A stretch of DNA of 28,592 nucleotides from positions 1 to 28,592 of the forward strand of contig JAWAQK010000031.1 in NCBI GenBank assembly GCA_038893995.1. Reading direction: 5' to 3'. Below the pieces are notes generated by a model. The model had not been told where the DNA came from. It worked only from the letters and a program-made list of their open reading frames with translations, and did not search any database. Positions 17,958-25,287 of the stretch are shown piece by piece (positions within the stretch are counted from its first letter, which is position 1; each line of letters starts with the position of its first letter). A program made the position numbers and the translations under genes. The DNA comes from Candidatus Thorarchaeota archaeon (GTDB lineage: Archaea; Asgardarchaeota; Thorarchaeia; Thorarchaeales; Thorarchaeaceae).

Positions 17958-18821
17958 CTAGCGTCGTCCTGAACTTCTGATGGCATCGCACGCCTTCTCG
18001 TAGCCCTTTAAATCGTTGACTGGAATCCAACACTCGGGAGGTATGTTGATGGCAAAGAGTCGTCCATCCCTTGCTACCTCTGGCGCAACGACATTCTCGA
18101 AGGACATCTCCCTGTCCAGCGAGACAAGTCGACGGAAGTAATCATACACCTCGGGACCAAGGACAGTTATTCCCGTGTGCGCTGGGACTGATATCAGCGG
18201 ATACTTTGTGATGTCGCGGACGATCCCTCGCTCTATCACGAGTCCCGAGTACTGGTATGGGGTTGACGGAACAACGACAAAGGTTGCGATGCAGCCGCAC
18301 CTTCGAGCACGTAGATGGCCCTCCAGGAAGACCTCGCCGTAGGGTCGGTCAAGTCCCACTATCACGTCATCAGGATTGTGGACTATAGCGGTCATTTGGT
18401 CATCGAGTGTTCCATTGTTTATGGCGTTCAATATGGCGCCAGCGCTGCCGACCATGCGTCCATCTGGATCCCTGGAATAGCGTATCTCTACGCCCCATCG
18501 TGAGCCATCACCAAGGTGCGACTCCACTCTCTCTGCAAGAAAGCCAGTCAAGACCACGAATCTTGTGATGCCACATTCGGAGTATTCTCGCACCGCCTTC
18601 TCAATCATGCTCTCACCACAACCGAGGGATATCATCACCTTGTTTATGCCCTCGTTGTGGGTCTCACTGCGTATCCTAGTGCCCCGTCCCCCCGCAGGCA
18701 TCACGACGACTGTTTCAGACTTCAGTCGACTGACCTCACTGGGTGGTACCTCAATGAGTGGAGGCTCGGTGTTGATCCTCGCGCGTATCTCAGACATTAT
18801 CGATTCGAGACTGTCGGGCAT
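17958..18821 (-). CDS. Sugar-1-phosphate nucleotidyltransferase (NDP-sugar synthase family)
   Basis: VMPAGGRGTRIR...NKVMI, LGDGSRWGVEIRYS, GSAGAI, HNPDD and WIPVN. Sugar specificity cannot be determined from the sequence. Confidence 0.88.
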   Translation of the reverse strand: MPDSLESIMSEIRARINTEPPLIEVPPSEVSRLKSETVVVMPAGGRGTRIRSETHNEGINKVMISLGCGESMIEKAVREYSECGITRFVVLTGFLAERVESHLGDGSRWGVEIRYSRDPDGRMVGSAGAILNAINNGTLDDQMTAIVHNPDDVIVGLDRPYGEVFLEGHLRARRCGCIATFVVVPSTPYQYSGLVIERGIVRDITKYPLISVPAHTGITVLGPEVYDYFRRLVSLDREMSFENVVAPEVARDGRLFAINIPPECWIPVNDLKGYEKACDAIRSSGRR

Positions 18822-18848
18822 AGATGCGACACCTCGCGTGGGAGTTGC

Positions 18849-19088
18849 CTAGTCTTGCCCTGCATCATCCCCTTCTGCCGTTGCCATCTCCTCGAACAGC
18901 GCGAGGGTCTTCCTGGCCTCCTCCGGTTTCAGGGTCTCTATGGCATACCCGGTGTGAACAATGACGTACTCTCCCACTCTCACCTCAGGGACTAGAGTGA
19001 CACAGACTCTCTTTCGGACCCCTCCAAAGTCGACCTCTGCAAACTCACCATCTATCTCAGTCACCAGACCTGGTATGGCAAGGCACAT
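18849..19088 (-). CDS. hypC: [NiFe]-hydrogenase maturation chaperone HypC/HybG/HupF
   Basis: MCLAIPG...AEVDFGGV...VGEYVIVHTGYAI...EEA, with Cys2 and the conserved His intact. ATG at 19088 (79 aa). Confidence 0.96.
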   Translation of the reverse strand: MCLAIPGLVTEIDGEFAEVDFGGVRKRVCVTLVPEVRVGEYVIVHTGYAIETLKPEEARKTLALFEEMATAEGDDAGQD

Positions 19089-19170
19089 CACATATCGTAG
19101 GACACCATGCCACGATTGCTTTAGAACGTTATGTAGTGTCAATGTCGCTGGCAGGACCAAGTGTCGTTTT

Positions 19171-19347
19171 GAGCCTGGTCATCTGTCTCCCCTCATATGT
19201 GGGCTCGATGCTGGACTGACAACCACGTCTAGTGTATGAGAGAACGCCGTTGGACCGCTGCACTAGACACATGGCCGAGCGCTTACCCGAGGTCGCGACC
19301 CCAGACACGTTCCCGGGGCCAGGGGTAATCGTCAGACCGACCTCGGG
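19171..19347. other. Intergenic multi-hairpin element (candidate structured RNA)
   Basis: Inverted repeats: GAGCC 19171-19175 / GGCTC 19202-19206; GTCTAGTG 19227-19234 / CACTAGAC 19261-19268; CCCGAGGTCG 19286-19295 / CGACCTCGGG 19338-19347, with inner ACCCC 19298-19302 / GGGGT 19322-19326. No family recognised. Confidence 0.45.
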
Positions 19348-19370
19348 GCCTGGAGACCTGCAAGAGACGC

Positions 19371-20474
19371 TCAGCTCACAGGGGTCCAGCATATTCCTAG
19401 CTCGGTGGCTCTCTCAAATGCCAGATGCATCTCCTCGCGGCTCACGGGTCTGCTGATGTCTCTGAATCGTTCCCGATCCCGGAGGACTAGATGCTCCGGC
19501 CTGTACTGGCCCATTATGTTGACCATACACCGCGGCATGTTATTCGAGATCCACTCCAGTATCGGAAATGTGCAGCACTCGACGTGGTTGGGGAGGACGA
19601 GATGTCTGACGATCACCTCTCCAGAAGCATAGGCCAGCAGGTGGTTTCGAGATACCACCTCAAAGTATCTGCGTACCCCAGAGAGGCGCTCAGCACACTC
19701 ATCGTTTCCATACTTGAAGTCTGGAAGCCAGACATCTATCACATCCGAGATCAGGCTCATTGTCTCGGTCGAACAGTATAGGTTTGAGTTCCACAACTGA
19801 GTGACATTCGACGTCTGGTGGAGCATGGAGGCCAGGATCGTATGGGTATTCGGGATTGGGTCTCCTCCCACGTAGTTGATGTTCAGTGCGCCCTCCTGAA
19901 AGAGAGATTCTGCAACCATGGCCAACTTCTGAGGAGTGACCACGTATCCCGCTCGCGGATTTGTCGAGATGTCCTCGTTCTGACAGAACACACAGCCGAA
20001 ACAACATGAGGCAAAGAAGATAGTGCCGCTGGGAACCAGAGGCGCCTCCTCGCCGGTGTGTAAGAAGGCCGAGGAGACTCTGGACTCGGCGCCAAGACGA
20101 CACCACCCACGACCGTCGCGTGTCCTGTCGACCCCACATCTCCGCTCGCAGAAATGACAGGAACGCAGGACTCTACCGGCAAGTTCAGACTTGAGATGAA
20201 GCAGGCTGGTCATGCCCGGCTCGAGGTCAGAAGGACTTGCCTCTCCAGCATCAATGCAACGTACGTGATCACGAAACTCCTTCGAGAGTCGCTGATGGTA
20301 CCTCCAGAGCTCGTCGGTTTCGGAATCGGGGGGTATTGTGGCGGCATACTGTTTGGCAAGCAGGTATTTCGCAGTGCGACTTCCGTCAATTATGTCACGG
20401 TAGCGGGCGAGTCTGCTGAGTGCTTCAGGGTCCCTCCACACACGGGTTGCATCGGGTCGTAAATATTTCCACAT
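19371..20474 (-). CDS. Radical SAM protein, PflX-like (pyruvate formate-lyase activating enzyme-related), archaeal long form
   Basis: CHFCERRCGVDR, HTGEEAPLVPSGTIFF, CCFGCVFCQN (Cx3Cx2C), NINYVGGDP, WLPDFKYG, IVRHLVLPNH and NIMGQYRP. ATG 20474 lies about 30 bp downstream of a TATA-like ATATTAAG. Confidence 0.9.
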   Translation of the reverse strand: MWKYLRPDATRVWRDPEALSRLARYRDIIDGSRTAKYLLAKQYAATIPPDSETDELWRYHQRLSKEFRDHVRCIDAGEASPSDLEPGMTSLLHLKSELAGRVLRSCHFCERRCGVDRTRDGRGWCRLGAESRVSSAFLHTGEEAPLVPSGTIFFASCCFGCVFCQNEDISTNPRAGYVVTPQKLAMVAESLFQEGALNINYVGGDPIPNTHTILASMLHQTSNVTQLWNSNLYCSTETMSLISDVIDVWLPDFKYGNDECAERLSGVRRYFEVVSRNHLLAYASGEVIVRHLVLPNHVECCTFPILEWISNNMPRCMVNIMGQYRPEHLVLRDRERFRDISRPVSREEMHLAFERATELGICWTPVS

Positions 20475-20722
20475 CCCACAGTATGTAAGAACTGGAAACA
20501 CTTAATATGTATGCTCCATTCGGTACGGAACTGGATCGAAATCGGTGGCTGATGAAGATATGCTCCCCAGAGTTCAGGGGTAATCGACATAGAAAACGAT
20601 TTGCAGGGATGGCCCAGGTAGATTGATATTTCCTGGCCCTAGCTCTCTCCTGAGTCATGTTCTGACTGCAGCGATATCATGGGCTCCCTGTCGTTGTTGA
20701 GTCAGAGAACGAACTGAGTGAT

Positions 20723-22306
20723 GTGCAAGTGTTCGTCATTCAGAATCGAGACCATGGTAATGAGCCACCCACATCTGGCGCAATGCTATTCCTTTCCGGG
20801 TCAGGAGTGGTCTATATCAGTACGGTCCTGATGCTTCTGCTGCAGTTTATGTGTACCGTCTTGCTATCTCATCGGCTGGGAGATCAGGGCATTGGAGCTG
20901 TATCATTTGTCCTGCGTCTGGTGTCCGTCCCCGTAGCTCTGGTGGGACTGGGTCTTCCGACCATTGTGTCTCGTTATGTAGCGTCGAGAGTGGAAGATGA
21001 TCACTCATCGGTCATGGCATCATCAGTCGTCCCGCCAATGTTCTTGTCCGCTGTTGTTATTGCCGCTATCTGGATCACCGCCGAGCCAATAGCCATGCAG
21101 ACAGGGGACCTAGGTCTTGGACCCCTAATCGTTCTGGGATCATTCATAGTTCCGCTGGGGGCCACAAGTGCGATTGCAATGTCCTTTGTGCGAGGAAGAA
21201 TGCAGTTCAAGAAATATGGTGGGCTGCTCCTGGTTGCGCCCGTAACAAACCTTCTTGTAATTGTACTCATGTACGATGCACTCACCCCCTTGACTGCAAT
21301 AGCCGCGTCGCTGGTGGCCAGCGCAGCTGCAGTGGTTGTTTCGATTGCCAACACGCCCAAGGTGGCATGGGGTCTGCCCTCGAGAGCGATAACGTCACAA
21401 CTACTGATATCAGGTATCCCCTTGCTGCTGGCCAATCTCGCAGGTTCGCTCCTCGATTCTACTGGGACCATTGTTCTGGGGGTCTTGACTAATGACATGA
21501 GTATTGTAGGTGCCTACTCCAATGCCTTTGTGGTCGCGTCTCTCATAAGGTACTTGGCAGAGCCCCTTTCAGTCATACTGTTGCCTATATCAGCGGCTGC
21601 TTTTGCAAGCTCGGCAACGAGTGAACTGAGAGTAGTAGTTTCAACTGCACTGAAGGTGATCACAGTAGTCTACGTGCCGTTCTGCCTGATCGTTTCAGTG
21701 ACTTCTGGTGAGGTCCTCACAATACTGTTCCCGATTGAGTTTGTTATTGGGGCGCCTGTTCTGACCATCCTCTCTCTCTTCAGCCCTGCCATCGCCATCC
21801 ACTTTCTATTCTGGCGTCTGCTTGTGGCCAATGGCAACACATTTGCTGCCGGAGCCGTATATGTTGTGGCCTCTGTTCTGAACATCCCCCTGTGTGTTCT
21901 AATGACGCACTATCTGGGCATCATTGGTCCTGCCCTTTCCACTGGGACAACATTCTTGACAATGGCAATTGGGAGTGCCGAATTGGTCAGGCGGAAGGTC
22001 GGAATTCGGGTGGACCCAAGCCTCTCTCGCATCATAGGAGCGATAGTGTTTCTAGTCATGACGACTCTCTGGCATAGGGCCGTGATCTTCCTGCTTGGAC
22101 AGATTGAGATTCGTTCGGACATTCTGGTTATATGTGTCGTGGGTGCAGGTGCACTACTTGCACAAGCCATTCTCAAACCCATTTCATCTTCGGACAGAAA
22201 CTTCGTCATGCGAATGATGGATGGATTTCCTGGTCCTGTCAAACGTCTAATGGAATTGCTGATGGCCCCATTCACATCAAGAGCAGGCCAAAGGAATCGT
22301 ACGTGA
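20723..22306 (+). CDS. Second MOP/Wzx-type polysaccharide flippase
   Basis: Many TM helices, plus LSHRLGDQGIG, LGLPTIVSRY, VGAYSNAF, LLPIS and YLGIIGPA. Start uncertain. Confidence 0.85.
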   Translation: MQVFVIQNRDHGNEPPTSGAMLFLSGSGVVYISTVLMLLLQFMCTVLLSHRLGDQGIGAVSFVLRLVSVPVALVGLGLPTIVSRYVASRVEDDHSSVMASSVVPPMFLSAVVIAAIWITAEPIAMQTGDLGLGPLIVLGSFIVPLGATSAIAMSFVRGRMQFKKYGGLLLVAPVTNLLVIVLMYDALTPLTAIAASLVASAAAVVVSIANTPKVAWGLPSRAITSQLLISGIPLLLANLAGSLLDSTGTIVLGVLTNDMSIVGAYSNAFVVASLIRYLAEPLSVILLPISAAAFASSATSELRVVVSTALKVITVVYVPFCLIVSVTSGEVLTILFPIEFVIGAPVLTILSLFSPAIAIHFLFWRLLVANGNTFAAGAVYVVASVLNIPLCVLMTHYLGIIGPALSTGTTFLTMAIGSAELVRRKVGIRVDPSLSRIIGAIVFLVMTTLWHRAVIFLLGQIEIRSDILVICVVGAGALLAQAILKPISSSDRNFVMRMMDGFPGPVKRLMELLMAPFTSRAGQRNRT

Positions 22307-22324
22307 ATGAAGGAGGAATCTTCC

Positions 22325-23539
22325 TCACGGGAGATTGTACGCTGATCTCAGCACTGCTGCTGTCCGTGCAAGCCCCAGAAACATCCAACTGTCTGCCCAC
22401 CTCGGGCTTCGAAGACTACTCTTGCCTAGTAGATACCTGCGGGACATGAAACTCCCATCCGGTTCCATCATTGCGCCTCTTACATATCTCCAGATCGTCA
22501 GAGCTGTCTTCAGACCGAAACCCATGATCTCATGACACAGGGCGAATGTGCATATGCCCTGAGCGGCATCATGGATGCACCTGGGAAACCTTCTTTTCCT
22601 GTTGAACCGTGGCGCACCATTCGTTTCAAACATGGTCTTGTAGAACGATATCCCTCGCCGGATACAGTCAGCCAACCGTGTCTCTGGCTGAAGCCGGTAG
22701 ATTTCGATCAGTGATTCCAGAATGAAACCTGTGTGATAATTGTCGACTATGTTTGACCTGGGGGGCCTGAAAGGATAGTAGTACCACGACCCATCAGGTC
22801 TCTGATTTCTCACTATGAAATCTACAGAGGCACTGGATAGTTTCTCTGCTTCTGTGTACCCCGTTTCGACATAGAGTGCCTTCAGAAAAAGGGCGGCGAA
22901 GGCGCTTGCATTAGTTATCTGAGCGGGCACGAGGGGAGAATAGTGAAAGCAGAGTGAGCCATCTGAGTGGACTGTGTAGCCATTTTCATTCATGATATAC
23001 TCTCCTGCCTCTACAGACCTCTCGAGAAGAACCTCATTACGAGTGATCTTGTATGCATCAAGGAATGCCAGACCCACCAGAGATGTTATGAGCACAGACG
23101 GACCACCGGCGGGGAATAGCCATCCCAGGGCGGTTTTCCACGTGTAGCTGGCTCCCCACGAAGGATGCAGTGTACTTGTGTTCCTCAGCCTCCAGATATG
23201 GTCGCACAGACTTACTATGTCGACATCACCAAGGACTCCCACGTGATTTGTTCTTAACGTGCAGTACCCTCGTACTGCGATGGCTGCAGCCTTGGGCTCA
23301 GGCCTCTCTCTGATCTGTAGTACTCTCTGAAACCATCTGTAGTTTGTGAATGGTACTCCAACACCCCCGTCAAGAAGATAGAGAAGTGTTTCGGGGCTAA
23401 TGATTGGAACATGAAGATTGATGAATGCCTCCTGAAAGTGGGCGGGATCAATACCACTCCAATGCTTCGGCCAGTAGTGCCCATGGAGTACTTCCAGCTG
23501 CTGTCTAATAGTATCAAGTTCTAGTGTGACCGTCGACAA
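22325..23539 (-). CDS. Uncharacterised alpha/alpha-toroid protein associated with polysaccharide loci
   Basis: QW-like repeat FIVRNQRPDGSWYY, plus VDNYHTGFILESL, CIHDAAQGI and RWADSW. Lies 12 bp downstream of a GT4 gene on the same strand. Confidence 0.7.
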   Translation of the reverse strand: MSTVTLELDTIRQQLEVLHGHYWPKHWSGIDPAHFQEAFINLHVPIISPETLLYLLDGGVGVPFTNYRWFQRVLQIRERPEPKAAAIAVRGYCTLRTNHVGVLGDVDIVSLCDHIWRLRNTSTLHPSWGASYTWKTALGWLFPAGGPSVLITSLVGLAFLDAYKITRNEVLLERSVEAGEYIMNENGYTVHSDGSLCFHYSPLVPAQITNASAFAALFLKALYVETGYTEAEKLSSASVDFIVRNQRPDGSWYYYPFRPPRSNIVDNYHTGFILESLIEIYRLQPETRLADCIRRGISFYKTMFETNGAPRFNRKRRFPRCIHDAAQGICTFALCHEIMGFGLKTALTIWRYVRGAMMEPDGSFMSRRYLLGKSSLRSPRWADSWMFLGLARTAAVLRSAYNLP

Positions 23540-23551
23540 GGGAATGATACC

Positions 23552-24736
23552 TCATCTCACGGAGCTAAACAGCTCGTTGTAGGCACTCAGCAAATGTGGC
23601 TCGTACAGTTCCCAGCAGAAGTGGTCCTCGAAGACTTTTCTAGCATGTCGCCCAATCTCTTCCAAGTCATCCCGAGAAGCGATCTGTCTAAGGGCACAGA
23701 CTATTGCACGAACGCTGTCCGAGTCCGTGACGAACCCCAGTGAGTATTCCTTGACAACTGTCCCGAGTTCGCCTATGTCTGTGGCCAATACAGGTGTTCC
23801 CACAGCAGCCGCCTCGAAGACTTTGTTTGCACATGCGTAGTAGTGGTTAATCTTTCTCTTGCTCGTGAAGACGACGGCGATCGAACATGACGCAAGCGTG
23901 TGTGGCACGCGTGTTGCGGGCAGTTTCCCAAGAAAGATGATCTTTCCATCACTCTTCTTTGCGTGGTCCTGAATGCTTGTCGACAATGGTCCCCATCCAG
24001 CAATCACAAGACTTGACTCAGGACAGGATTTGTTGAAACACTTGAATGCCTCTATGAGTTCTTCCAGATTCCTGTCCTCGAGTAGACCTCCTACGTAACC
24101 AACTGTAAAACGGTCTGGCTTCTTGCGGACGACCCCCATTCCATAGTTACGCGAAGGAACATTTCTCAGACTGATGGCTCTGCGCCCCGTCAAGGAGTTC
24201 ATTCTCTTGACCATCATGAGCCCTGTCGTGAGTATCAAGTCCGCCTTCTTGGACAAGATTCTCTCAACGGCGTCTATCACGATTACGATTATTCGTGGTA
24301 CTGTGGGAGAGAACATGCCAGTGTATATCTCATGTACGTCGTATACCAGTTTGGCACCGCTCATACGAGATAGCAACCATGCTACCGGAAGCGTATCGAA
24401 GTCATTTGCATGTATCACTGATGTCCCCGCCAATAAGTCCTTGCTCTTCCTGAGACACCAGATGTTGTACTGGGAAAGGCGAAACAGGGAACGGATCCAC
24501 CCCGGTTTTCTTGAAAGCCACCTGGGTTCACTCAATTGCAGACGCATAATAGGCACCCTGCTCGCTACGGTGTCAGGCAGCTGTCTAGGCTGTCCGCCCG
24601 TTCCCACAATTATCACGTTGACCCCTCTGGAGAACAAGGACATTGCCTCCTTCTCCACTCTGGGGTCCGGATTAACATCATTTGTGACAAGCATGACTAC
24701 GCGGAGCATCGGGTCCACCCGCATTTCCTTGGCCAA
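23552..24736 (-). CDS. Glycosyltransferase family 4
   Basis: DPRVEKEA, IHANDFDTL, VYDVHE, YVGGLLEDRNLE and NKVFEAAAVGTPV. Start could be a slightly downstream ATG. Confidence 0.92.
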   Translation of the reverse strand: MAKEMRVDPMLRVVMLVTNDVNPDPRVEKEAMSLFSRGVNVIIVGTGGQPRQLPDTVASRVPIMRLQLSEPRWLSRKPGWIRSLFRLSQYNIWCLRKSKDLLAGTSVIHANDFDTLPVAWLLSRMSGAKLVYDVHEIYTGMFSPTVPRIIVIVIDAVERILSKKADLILTTGLMMVKRMNSLTGRRAISLRNVPSRNYGMGVVRKKPDRFTVGYVGGLLEDRNLEELIEAFKCFNKSCPESSLVIAGWGPLSTSIQDHAKKSDGKIIFLGKLPATRVPHTLASCSIAVVFTSKRKINHYYACANKVFEAAAVGTPVLATDIGELGTVVKEYSLGFVTDSDSVRAIVCALRQIASRDDLEEIGRHARKVFEDHFCWELYEPHLLSAYNELFSSVR

Positions 24737-25287
24737 AAACGTTGCTGTTCAAGTCAGTAGAGCGTCGCGATCCAGTAACGCCTGCAGAGGACGACACAGA
24801 AGCGATGATGCTGTAGCGACCTCATTAAGGTCGATTGGAGTTAGTCGTGCGATCCCGTCGATGAAGGCTTTGGCATTTGGATACCTGCAGCGGGGAGAGA
24901 CGAGACCACCTCTTGAGAGGTTCCGGATTATCACATCAGTATGAACAAATGGATCCGCCGGCAGACTGCACTCCCTTCCGGAACCGCGTGGGTGGGTTGT
25001 CTGACACCGTAAGACTCATGCCGCGGAGGACGATGGTCGGACACTCGGGGATATTTCAGGAAGACTGTATGTCGCAGATTTACAACTGAGTTGTATGTAT
25101 CGTTCCCAGGACATCCCAAAGTCCAGTTGGACATGCGAAATGACAGAGGAGAGAACGGATCAAGTCCCCGACCAGATAGGCAAAGTCATTCGTCACACAA
25201 TGAGTTCGTTCATCACCTCTCTGGTTCGTCGGGTCCTGCGGAGAAAGGCTCTTATGTGTGACAACGATATGACCATCAGGGGGAAGT

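Noticed and set aside
19227-19350. Assignment of the hairpins to hammerhead (CUGACGA on -), SECIS, H/ACA or SRP RNA
   Set aside because: There is no GAAA core after a proper stem II, no clear AUGA/GA quartet or in-frame UGA selenoprotein nearby, no K-turn or pseudouridylation pocket, and no SRP helix-8 motif.
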